The notes: a model not told the origin generated them from the letters alone. Positions 1 through 9,145 are shown, counted from the first letter of the stretch. The stretch: 64,000 nt of DNA from Veleropilina oligotropha (GCA_048128005.1 JBEUKZ010000002.1:62001-126000); one strand, 5' to 3'. Made by a program: numbers and translations.

Positions 1-213
1 GCCGTACAGTCGGCTACACGGAAATCGGACCCATTTAATTGGACCCAGGTAGCCGTTGCTGCCGGTACGGTTGCGTTGCTATTTGTTGTCTGGAAACGTA
101 GCAGTGGTCCATCCACACCACATCAACAGCCACTAGCACAGGCGAGGCAGCCTACCACCCCAAGGGCCACCACCGAATTGAAGAATGAGCACAACCCGTT
201 CCATATGCGATAG
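1..213 (+). CDS. 5'-truncated small ORF with a hydrophobic/TM segment (element accessory protein)
   Basis: Frame 1 is open from base 1: AVQSATRKSDPFNWTQVAVAAGTVALLFVVWKRSS...NPFHMR*. The stop at 211-213 lies 12 nt before the next ATG. Confidence 0.6.
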   Translation, partial: AVQSATRKSDPFNWTQVAVAAGTVALLFVVWKRSSGPSTPHQQPLAQARQPTTPRATTELKNEHNPFHMR

Positions 214-225
214 TAGCAGTACAAC

Positions 226-465
226 ATGACTACCCCGATTACTGACGGAAAGATGCTCGGCAACGCCGTCTATCACTCGGCGATCGTATTAGGCCTTACC
301 ATCGGCTACGCACGCCTGGGAAAAATGGTATTCAAGGGACCAAGCCCCAAACTGGACTTAACTGGTTACGACGTCGGGATGGTCGTCCTCGACGTAGCGC
401 TCGCCATGGCGACGAAAGATATGCTGATCAAGCAAGGCATCATTCCGGCCGACGTTTTGAAGTAG
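226..465 (+). CDS. 79-aa hydrophobic accessory protein of the Polinton-like element
   Basis: ATG in ACAACATG context, two hydrophobic helices, tightly packed between neighbouring ORFs. Confidence 0.7.
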   Translation: MTTPITDGKMLGNAVYHSAIVLGLTIGYARLGKMVFKGPSPKLDLTGYDVGMVVLDVALAMATKDMLIKQGIIPADVLK

Positions 466-495
466 TGGGACCTGCTAGATAATCGCAGCACTTCA

Positions 496-926
496 ATGGC
501 TTCCATTGCGATGCTGGTTGGGGGCGCTCTCGTCAACGCCCTCGCCTTCAGCGGGTCGAACTTCCTTTTCTCGAAGCTACGCAGCTCCGGTGTTGATGAG
601 GAGCGTAAACGCCACGACAAAGCCGTAGAGCAGCTCAACGCCGCTCAGACTAAGTGGTCACAACAGAGGGCAGAGCGTCTCGACTGGCTGAACGTTGATC
701 TTCGCCCCAGGGTCACGCTGTTGGCACATTCCGGGATGTTGATGCCGTGATCCGTGAGTATGCCTTGATCACCGGCAAGAACCTTGACCCCGCCCTGGGG
801 GGTGGCCCTGAGCCCGCCCTGTCTGACTACTACACGCCTAGTGATGACCAGAAGGGACGTGAGATCACCTTCGTGATCCTGGGGATGGCGGCGACTGGGT
901 TGGTCGCCTACAAGCTCCTACCCTAA
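496..926 (+). pseudogene. ~143-aa protein with N- and C-terminal hydrophobic segments and a central coiled coil; one frameshift near 706
   Basis: MASIAMLVGGALVNALAFSGSNFLFSKL...ERKRHDKAVEQL continues in another frame as QGHAVGTFRDVDAVIREY...EPALSDYYTPSDDQKGREITFVILGMAATGLVAYKLLP* (TAA 924-926). Confidence 0.7.
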
Positions 927-966
927 TTATTTCCAGTGGACATTTTTTTCGTGGGCCTGTATAATA

Positions 967-1266
967 ATGGGGCTCCCAGAAGAGCTGTACTGTGCCATGC
1001 TTGCGGTCAGCGGGGTGGGCCTTGGTACTACGTCACTCGACTGCTGGCGGCGCAACGAAAAGACTATGGTGCGGTTCGCGGTCATGGTGCTCTCGGGCCC
1101 GACCAACCTTCGGGCGACGACTGGGCAGCGACCGGCTCCGGAAGCTGAAGCCTGTTGGAGACTGATCACGTTGCTGGAATACATTGCCAGTCTCGATGGC
1201 AGCGAAGACCGGCAAAAGAACTCGAGGGCGCGGAATGGACCGGAAGCTTGCGACTTTCTACTATAG
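967..1266 (+). CDS. 99-aa hypothetical protein of the element
   Basis: ATG follows an AT-rich spacer (TATAATAATG) and the ORF fills the gap before the integrase. No recognisable motif. Confidence 0.4.
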   Translation: MGLPEELYCAMLAVSGVGLGTTSLDCWRRNEKTMVRFAVMVLSGPTNLRATTGQRPAPEAEACWRLITLLEYIASLDGSEDRQKNSRARNGPEACDFLL

Positions 1267-2234
1267 CCCCCGAGGCTACTGGAAAGGGATCGCCGCGATA
1301 CAACATCTCTCGGCCGCAGTAGATGTCTCTGAAGACGTGGCCCGGGATTGGCTGAAGAAGCAGGCCATCTGGCAAATCTATTTACCTGCGCCACGGCGGA
1401 TTCCAAGACCAAAATTCGACGTCGAAACGCCGAACGAGGTTCACCAAGACGATCTCCTGTTTCTCCCACACGACAAGGTCGGTCGTAAAACATACAAGTA
1501 TGTGCTTACAGTTGTTGACGTGGCCTCACGCTACAAAGAGGCTGAGCCTCTGGCCACAAAAAGAGGCCAAAGGGGTTGCTGAAGCTCTGTCTCGAATCTA
1601 CAGGCGGAGTCCTCTTAGCTGGCCGAAACTGCTTCAAGTCGACCCAGGGAGGGAGTTTATGGGCGCGGTCTCCCAGCTGCTGGCTACAAATAACGTCGAG
1701 GTTAGGCGTGGCCGTGTGGATATTCATCGCGACCAAGGGATCGTGGAGCGCTTCAACCGGACGCTCGCTGAGCGGCTCTTCGGGCACCAGTATGCAACAG
1801 AGATGCGGTTTGCAGAGTCTGCGAAAGAGGGTCAAAGGTCAACTGAGTGGGTCGCCAGGCTGCCCGCCGTAGTTGCGGCCTTGAATGGGGAAGTGACCCG
1901 CCTCACCGGTAAAAAGCCAAAGGATGCCATTAAGGCACCTCGCGTTGCCCAAAAGCCCTCTTCCACTGTTCCAGACCAACAGGGGAAGGAACAGAAACTC
2001 CCCTCTGACGTAGATGTTCGATACCTATACCAACCCGGTGAGTTGGAGGGTGGTCGTCGGCGAGCGACGGACCCGGTGTGGTCTTTGACGGTTCACCGGC
2101 TTGGACGCTCTGTCACTAAGCCTGACGAGCCTGTGCTCTACTACTTGCTCGATGGACCACCGCGTGGGTTTGTTCGAGAGGAACTTCTCGTGGTGCCTCG
2201 TGACACCCAGCTGCCGCCGGTTCTCAGGCGTTAA
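1235..2234 (+). pseudogene. Retroviral-like (rve, DDE) integrase of Polinton type; single frameshift in the A-run at ~1558-1562
   Basis: MDRKLATFYYSPRGYWKG...HQDDLLF (D1)...VVDVASRYK, then after the shift LQVDPGREF (D2) and GIVERFNRTL (E), with C-terminal DPVWS...YYL...FVREEL. Confidence 0.9.
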
Positions 2235-5200
2235 CAGCTGCTGCTCCCTCGTTTTCGGTTACATTCCAGACACGTTAAGCACACGTTGTCGCGGATGTGG
2301 CCCCTGCTGTTGTCCACACGGTCGACACTGAACTGCTGTGTGTCTTTGGGCTGGTAGGCCCAGAGCAGCTCTATGTTGCATGCTGCGCAGCGGTTGTCAA
2401 GGGCTTCTTTGAGCTGCAGGATGTCATCGACCTTGAGGTTAAATCCCTGGAGTCCCTTTGCCTGGTCCTGGCGTTTGTACGCCACAAGCTTTTTCTGGAT
2501 GGTTTTTCGGAGCTGTTGCTTGCTCTGCGGCGGGGGACTGTCCTCAGAACCCTCATCCGGAGGACAGGTTACCCGTTCGAGCTGACGCAGATGCTCCACC
2601 CGGGACACGGCTAGATAGGCGAGATTGCTCCACTGAAGGTAGTCGTCGATGATCCAGACTTTCTGTGGGTCGTGAATCGTAAGACCCTGGCTCGAATGGA
2701 TGGTGAGAGCATAGCCCAGGCGCCAATCAGGGGTCAGGATATCCCTTTCAGCGGCCTCAATGGTGACCTCGACGACGTCGATCAGAACTAGCTCCTGTCG
2801 TTCGTCGGTGCCCGGAATGGTTACCATGATGTTTTGCTTACGGGTGTCCCTGGGGTGGTAAAGGATAGGCACCAGGGAGTCTGGGAAGTGCTCCTTGTGC
2901 CTCTGGAGCAACAGCTGTTGAGCCCGTTCGCGGACCTTCTGACGGCTGGTGAGGATTAGGTCGCCTGGCCTCCAGGTGTTGACGAACCGATCCCATCCAA
3001 GGCAGCCGGGGAGAGTCTTACGCATTTCCTGGCACTGGACTTTGTCGGGCTGGAGACGTATACGTCTTTTCAGGGCTTGGAGGGCGGGGTCGTCTTTCGC
3101 CCTGAAGTCTACTTCGATCTCTTCATAGTAGTCCGCGGTCTTTCGCAGCCACTCGTGCGGCATCTCCCCCGTAATCGGTGGTGGCTGGCCTTGATCGCCA
3201 CAGCAGATAACCTGCACTTCGTGCTGGCCCAGCCAGTCTAAGAACATCTCGCGAATATGCCGGGGAACAGTACAGACCTCGTCCCAGATAATGACGCGGG
3301 GGATGAACTTCTGACCCATGCGATCGGGCGTCCAGTCGTTCTGACCGCTCCATCGGAAGAAACTGTGGTAGGTCTGGGCTTTGACACCCCTGGTCCGCAT
3401 CTCTTTAGCGAGGCGGTGCGTTGGCGTGAACACGATGGGATTCCTTGCCCGAAAGAGCTCGATCGCTCTCGTAGTCTTGCCACAGCCCCCTCCACCGTTG
3501 AGATAACTCAGGCGATGGTGTGTCAGTGTGTCATTGTAGCATGGCGCGGTGCTCGGCGGCACGTCCTTTGCGGCACAACGATACTCTGGCTTGGGCAGGT
3601 ATGCGGCATGTTCCTGTGGCATGTACAGCTGTTCGCCCTTGTCACGCCACTGGGCCGGTGCTACTGGCGGAAGGTACGGCTCCCCGATCAGACAGGAGAT
3701 GCACGATTTATCGCCACAGTCGCAGAGTTGGGGGGCAACGTACGCCTTGACATCGTCGAGCTTCTCCAACGAGGCCTTCTTGAGGTAGATGCTGTCAGTG
3801 GCCACTCGGACAGCTTCCTCCGGGGTGAAACGCTGAAGCATGCTCAAGAGATTTATGTGGGCATAGGCCAACATGCTGGCCCTCAGGTGGGCGTACTGAG
3901 GCTGGGAGCCATCATAGTACGTGAGGATGTGACCGAGGGGGCATCTTTGAGGAGCGCCGACCAGGGTACCGCTGTGGCGGGTGTCTCTTACGAGGAAGTC
4001 CAGCTCACCCTGGTCGGTCACAAGCCGTCGGGTCAATCCTTTTCCGTCTGCCTTGGCGCCTTGGGTGAATTTGCCGATGATGCTGCATCCCTGGTCACGA
4101 TCCGGAGGAAGCCAGACATCGAGTTGCTTTTTGAATGCGATGATGGCTTCTCGGATCTTGAGGCTTTTTAGCAGTCCAGATTCTAGGAGGAAGGCGAGCA
4201 GCGGGGTTGGTGCCCAGCCATTCTCTGCAAAGTGCTTTCCGAACCAGGCGGGAATGGCGGGGTGGATTTCTCGTGCAAACTCCCATTCCACGACCTCGGC
4301 AAAGCCAGTCCCGATTTCTTGGGGAAGAGGACCGTTAATTGCGACTCGAGTCATGCTGTGGGTTGGGTGTCCGAATCTTTCGAAGTATGGCTTAGCTTCG
4401 CCCTTCCCCTGAAAGCTGGCAGGGTAGCAGGCTTTCATATCGATGTAGCAGATGTCTCTCGTGTCATAGCCCATGGAATTCCAAAGGCCACCGTGACCAT
4501 GCTCTACGCAGGCCTTCTGGATATCATCGAGCAGGCCCGCTGGGGTAGGTTTCCAGCCGTTGTTCTCTTTGGCCATAATGCTAGCTGCATGGTTCACGCC
4601 AAAGGCCCGATCGGCAAGAGACTCGTTCCCCAGAGCCTTACAGGCTTCTTGGAGTCTCTCGTGATCATCTTGTGTCCTGTACGTGCGGCCGTCTTGCAGC
4701 ACGAACTGGTCCACGTTGAGCTGTCGGTCTGTACCGCCAAGGAGCCAGACAGCTAATGGCTCATTCTGTGTGGCTTGTCGGATAGCTTCCCAGACATCGC
4801 CCTCATACAGGTGGACCTCGCGAGACTGCGGGAAGTGCAGCTCCTTGGACCAGGCGTGGTCGTTGTGGCAGATGAGTTCGACTGGTCTATGCCAGCCCTG
4901 GTACTTCCCACTGTTGTAGATGTCCTCGCCAGCAATGTCTCTCAAGATGATCGCCCATTTGAGGATCCTCTCCAGTTGGGCCACATCGTCGACGGAAGCT
5001 CCTGTTACATGAACTCGCTCTTCCCACTCCTGTACTTTCTGCCGCCTGGTTGGAGTTAGTCCGTTTCCTCTCAGGGCACCTTCGAAGTGCTCAATCACTC
5101 TTTGGGCAACGCAGTTGAGGTCGCCGTTCTTCATTGGGACCAGGTTGGCGGGGTTTGGTTCTCTGAGAGGGTAGAGGCCGTAGACGACTGCAGTGACCGG

Positions 5201-6136
5201 GTAGGCGTTCTCGTAGTAGACTTTGTCGACCCCAGTGATAGCACCCGGCTTAGTGTCATGGGATATCTCAAAGACACCCTGGCCCTTCTTCCTCGCAGCT
5301 TTCACCGGGTCAAACTTGTCTTCGACCATCCAGTCACCTTCATGCCATTCACGCAAGAATTTTATTCTAAGGACATACTCGCCTTTTGGAAGGGCTGTGA
5401 GGAGCTGTGCCGCCCTCGCGTCTGTCATACGGGCATCCAGGGCCAGCCTCTCTTCGATGCCATGTTCGATCTTAATGTCCACTTCTACCCTCCATGTGGA
5501 GAAGGCCGCCGCGGCGCCATCGACCTCAAACTCGTCTTTGGCGTTGTTCAAGAGTTCCACCCATGGCTCTTTTGCTGGGAGCCTTACTGGGGGAGGGGCC
5601 TGGTTATCCAGGTCGATGAACTGTTGCCCCTCTGTTGTGGTAAACGTCCCTAGAAGATCCTTCTGGTAGTCCTGGGCTGTCCGGGGCGTTTTGGAGAGGG
5701 AATAGTATTCATCCGAGGCTAAGTGATCTCTCAGAATATCGGGCCCCTTCTGAGCAATAGCCCCCGCAAGGGTCTCTTTCCGAGACCTAGTCAGACCGTG
5801 CAGGTGTGGCTTGACGATTCGATCCGTGATGGCGCGAAGCGGCTTCTGTCGAATCCCGGGCTTTTTCTCAGCCCTCGAGGTATATTTACGGACCTTGAGG
5901 GCCACCTCGACCTCGTCCTTAATCTGCCGCAATTCGCGAGCACGACGGCCTCTTGTGTGGGGGTTCTCCACATCCCCACGTATGGAGGGGAACCTTCCCG
6001 TTTTCATCGCCCGCTCGAGTCTCCTCCGAAACTCGGCAGCACGGACCCCGGCTATTGCCCGGATGAGGTCGTTCTTCTTGAGCTTCGACCGAGCGGGAAT
6101 CTCGTAATCTTTCGCTAAATTCCGCAGGTCATCCAT
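2231..6136 (-). CDS. 1301-aa multidomain replication protein: Rho-N/HeH - (vOTU-like?) - pPolB-like palm - SF1 helicase - HNH/EndoVII-like nuclease
   Basis: PolB motif A YIDMKACYP (D at 4439-4441), motif B-like RDQGCSIIGKF, ASMLAYAH (cf. ITAYAR) and motif C VATDSIY (~3791-3802). SF1 motifs GGGGCGKTT, PTH, TYHSF, IWDEV, GDQGQPPP, YALTIHSSQGLT, YLAVSR. C-terminal CAAC...SVDRVDNSRGHIRDNVCLTCLECN. Confidence 0.9.
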   Translation of the reverse strand: MDDLRNLAKDYEIPARSKLKKNDLIRAIAGVRAAEFRRRLERAMKTGRFPSIRGDVENPHTRGRRARELRQIKDEVEVALKVRKYTSRAEKKPGIRQKPLRAITDRIVKPHLHGLTRSRKETLAGAIAQKGPDILRDHLASDEYYSLSKTPRTAQDYQKDLLGTFTTTEGQQFIDLDNQAPPPVRLPAKEPWVELLNNAKDEFEVDGAAAAFSTWRVEVDIKIEHGIEERLALDARMTDARAAQLLTALPKGEYVLRIKFLREWHEGDWMVEDKFDPVKAARKKGQGVFEISHDTKPGAITGVDKVYYENAYPVTAVVYGLYPLREPNPANLVPMKNGDLNCVAQRVIEHFEGALRGNGLTPTRRQKVQEWEERVHVTGASVDDVAQLERILKWAIILRDIAGEDIYNSGKYQGWHRPVELICHNDHAWSKELHFPQSREVHLYEGDVWEAIRQATQNEPLAVWLLGGTDRQLNVDQFVLQDGRTYRTQDDHERLQEACKALGNESLADRAFGVNHAASIMAKENNGWKPTPAGLLDDIQKACVEHGHGGLWNSMGYDTRDICYIDMKACYPASFQGKGEAKPYFERFGHPTHSMTRVAINGPLPQEIGTGFAEVVEWEFAREIHPAIPAWFGKHFAENGWAPTPLLAFLLESGLLKSLKIREAIIAFKKQLDVWLPPDRDQGCSIIGKFTQGAKADGKGLTRRLVTDQGELDFLVRDTRHSGTLVGAPQRCPLGHILTYYDGSQPQYAHLRASMLAYAHINLLSMLQRFTPEEAVRVATDSIYLKKASLEKLDDVKAYVAPQLCDCGDKSCISCLIGEPYLPPVAPAQWRDKGEQLYMPQEHAAYLPKPEYRCAAKDVPPSTAPCYNDTLTHHRLSYLNGGGGCGKTTRAIELFRARNPIVFTPTHRLAKEMRTRGVKAQTYHSFFRWSGQNDWTPDRMGQKFIPRVIIWDEVCTVPRHIREMFLDWLGQHEVQVICCGDQGQPPPITGEMPHEWLRKTADYYEEIEVDFRAKDDPALQALKRRIRLQPDKVQCQEMRKTLPGCLGWDRFVNTWRPGDLILTSRQKVRERAQQLLLQRHKEHFPDSLVPILYHPRDTRKQNIMVTIPGTDERQELVLIDVVEVTIEAAERDILTPDWRLGYALTIHSSQGLTIHDPQKVWIIDDYLQWSNLAYLAVSRVEHLRQLERVTCPPDEGSEDSPPPQSKQQLRKTIQKKLVAYKRQDQAKGLQGFNLKVDDILQLKEALDNRCAACNIELLWAYQPKDTQQFSVDRVDNSRGHIRDNVCLTCLECNRKRGSSSC

Positions 6137-6183
6137 GTTGCTGGGTGGGTATACACTAGGATTTCAGTTCTCTAATATGAAAT

Positions 6184-6459
6184 TTACGCGTGGTAAATTG
6201 CAGCCACACGGAGAAACTCTCTCTCGAAGGCTCGGTTCTTTCGTCGCCAATCCCCAACGTTCGCAGTCAGATACCCACAGCCCTTACACAGCGTAAACCG
6301 GTTGAAAACGCCCTTCCCGCATTTTCTGCAGGGTTTTGTGCCCCGGCCATTTCGCCGTAGCCGAGCCAGGTGGACTTTACAAAACTCTCTCAGGCATCTC
6401 TTACCACATAGCTCCGTGGAGCTGATGGTGAGCCATTGACAGGTGTCCGTTCCCCACAT
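6184..6459 (-). CDS. Small Cys/His-rich zinc-finger protein
   Basis: ATG at 6459. C-x10-C-x3-C-x4-C-x2-H followed by CRKC...CKGC and a basic tail. Co-oriented with and just upstream of the 1301-aa ORF. Confidence 0.65.
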   Translation of the reverse strand: MWGTDTCQWLTISSTELCGKRCLREFCKVHLARLRRNGRGTKPCRKCGKGVFNRFTLCKGCGYLTANVGDWRRKNRAFEREFLRVAAIYHA

Positions 6460-6777
6460 ATTGATAGCGGTTATCACAGTATATACCAGTCTCTAATATA
6501 GAGTATGACACTAACACACAAGAGCTCGGGTCGGCGAGGGTAGTGGGCCGTCCCTGGGGGCTCTTACTACATGCTACTATATCGGTCTGTACACACGGTG
6601 ACTTTTGTAATACAAGCCCTACCCTCAGTCCCGAAATAGGGCTGGGAGCCTCCACGGCCGCCCCGGGCCCCTAGTCTAAACTCCCTAGTCCCCCCCAGTA
6701 CTACCAGCTCGGTTCTGAACAGGTGCTGGGAGCCTTATTTTTCCATTCTAAAAAGTCCAATCACCCCCCCTGCTGCT

Positions 6778-7097
6778 AGGTCTTATCTGTAATATCAATA
6801 ATACGTATTGTAATATCGCATGTTGTAATTCATGGACTTAATTAATTTATAAGCGTAATTTCATCGGAATAATGCAAATTAATGATAATCGGTAATTTCA
6901 TCTACGTACGCTACTGGTCGCGATTGTTGCGGTTAACACCCAATTACTTATACTCCAGAGTAACCATGTTGATGTATTGAACAGGAAAAAGGTTAATTTT
7001 AAGACCATTAGGTGAACAATAGTGACATAACCACAAGTCCATGAATTACAAGATGCGATATTAAAATACGTATTGCTGATATTACAGATAAGACCTG
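6778..7097. mobile_element. ~320-bp MITE with ~62-bp TIRs, abutting the end of the Polinton-like element
   Basis: AGGTCTTATCTGTAATATC...CATGGACTT (6778-6839) is the reverse complement of AAGTCCATG...GATATTACAGATAAGACCT (7035-7096) with few mismatches. Confidence 0.85.
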
Positions 7098-7578
7098 TAC
7101 GGTATAGTCAGGTGTACGGTATAGTTCGCGACACCGGCGAATATTCGTTCGAATATTTGTAATAATCGGTCAGTGTAAAAGCCTCAACTAGCACATACAA
7201 TTTCATTTCCCAATGTCTTTTTCGTCCAAAATCAACTAAATTCATTTGACTTTCAACCCCGGCTTTCAACATGCCACAAATTAACTCACATTCAGAAATA
7301 TTTAATTTGTTGACTTTCAACATACCACAAATTACCTCACAAATTGACAGACCAAAATATTATAATAGTACATTGGGTACTTCACATGTATACTCCCCAG
7401 GTGTCAGGAAGTGCCCTATTGACTTAGGGGACGAAAGGTCAATACCTCACTGATTTGGGCGTCGAGAGATTTAATTACCCCACGGGCACTGGCTAGTAAC
7501 GCAAATTCCAGAAAATCTACTTTGGATATTGAAAGTAAAATTGCTTATACGCGGAAAACACCATCTCTGTGCACAATG

Positions 7579-8969
7579 TACGGTGGCATAGATATGACAT
7601 TTACACCTTATATTTTATGTCGTGGCCACGACTTACTATGTCGTGGCCACGAGTTACTATGTCGTGGCCACGACTTCCTAAGTCGTGGCCACGACATAGC
7701 TATCTCGTGGCCACGACTTACTATGTCGTGGCCACGACTTAGTAAGTCGTGGCCACGACATAGCTCAGCCAATCAAAACTGTCGTTATATATCAATGGCA
7801 AGCAATCGTAAAGTTGTTCCTATAACCAGGCACCGATTGATACCGTTTAATTACCATTGTATCGTATATTTTAATATTGTTTAGAAGATAAACGAGTATC
7901 ACGTCTTTCGACAATAATTTACGTTCTACTTGAGTCATTTTTTAATATGTCAATATTTGTTAAAGAGTATTACATCAGATGCCATATTAAGCTACAGAGA
8001 TAACAGTTTAATTACTTAACTGTTTAATTAAATAGACTATTGCCCTTTTTTCTTTGAAAATAAAACTAACGGAATTACACTTTTTGTTTATAGCCTCAAA
8101 ATTTAGGAATTTTCATCACTTAACTTTCGTCAGTAATTTGTTAACTTACCGTTTAAATTAATAAATCGCTAATGAAGATTTAAAATAATTGAAAGTGGTC
8201 CGCTTTCAATTAGCTCCCACCTAGTGACATTTTCAATTGACCTACCTGGAGCAAAATTGCGTAGGTTTCTGCTCGTCAAGTAAGATAGCTTTCTAGTTGA
8301 CAATAATATACATTGCCCAGTTACAATAATAATTTCAATAAAAAAACTATAATTTGATCATATATCGATCATATATCTTCGTCAAAGTTGTTTCAATCTG
8401 TGCGAAACGTGCGTCTGGTTCATTTTATACAATAGAGGCTGTTCAGTCATGCTATACATTCACTTATTAGACCTATGCAAAGATATCCCAAAATGGTTTA
8501 ATTCTCAAGAAAACAGTCTGACATGATTTATAATATTTAATAAAATAATGTGAAGTCGCTAAATTTTTAGTATAATGCTATTTATAATTTAGCCAAGATT
8601 AACGAAAAATGCAAAAGATTTTCATATATATCTTAAATGCATTAGCACTTGTAATTGCGTTGAAGTTTGCAAGTCCATTAACTTTGTATCCGTAGGGTAC
8701 ATAGATGTCAATTATTGTAATATACAATACAATGGTAATTACACGGTGTTAATCGATATATAACAACAAGTTTGATTGGCTATGCTATGTCGTGGCCACG
8801 ACTTACTAAGTCGTGGCCACGACATAGTAAGTCGTGGCCACGAGATAGCTATGTCGTGGCCACGACTTAGTAAGTCGTGGCCACGACATAGTAACTCGTG
8901 GCCACGACATAGTAAGTCGTGGCCACGACATAAAATAAAAGGTGTAAATGTCATATATATGCCACCGTA
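7579..8969. mobile_element. Non-autonomous DNA transposon, IS3EU-like (TACGG...CCGTA termini, 6-bp TSD)
   Basis: ~210-bp TIRs starting TACGGTGGCATA and containing ~21-bp repeats with the palindromic core GTCGTGGCCACGAC. Perfect TSD ACAATG at 7573-7578 and 8970-8975. The superfamily call rests on TAY..RTA ends plus the 6-bp TSD. Confidence 0.8.
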
Positions 8970-9039
8970 ACAATGCTTTTCGTGAATGCGCTAGGATATG
9001 ATTTACGGCAGCGCTGAACTGCCATATAATTGTATTTCT

Positions 9040-9145
9040 AAATTCGCAATTGCGAGTTACTAATTCGCAATTGCGAATTACTAATTCGCTATTGCGAGTT
9101 ACTAATTCGCAATTGCGAGTTACTAATTCGCAACTTCGAATTAGC
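9040..9145. repeat. 21-bp minisatellite (AATTCGCAATTGCGAGTTACT) x ~5
   Basis: Direct inspection; each unit contains the palindrome TCGCAATTGCGA. Confidence 0.85.

Larger units (their letters stand above)
1..6777. mobile_element. Polinton/Maverick-like endogenous virus (right-hand part; left part lies outside the window)
   Basis: Sharply GC-rich, gene-dense, intronless block against an AT-rich host. Encodes an rve integrase and a pPolB-like/SF1 helicase fusion. Ends in ...CACCCCCCCTGCTGCT at 6777 (reverse strand 5'-AGCAGCAGGGGGGG, an AG-initiated trinucleotide terminus), after which composition switches abruptly. Confidence 0.85.

Noticed and set aside
2231..3520. Helitron RepHel, suggested by the Pif1-like helicase
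   Set aside because: No HUH Rep motifs. The helicase is fused to PolB-like motifs and sits next to an rve integrase.
2297..6118. Many + strand ORFs (e.g. 3257-4171, 304 aa) opposite the large ORF
   Set aside because: Antisense shadows of a GC-rich coding sequence with no motifs.
1..6777. Bacterial or phage contamination, suggested by high GC and dense ORFs
   Set aside because: The integrase is of the eukaryotic Polinton type and the block joins a host MITE at a clean terminus. A chimeric assembly cannot be fully excluded without reads.
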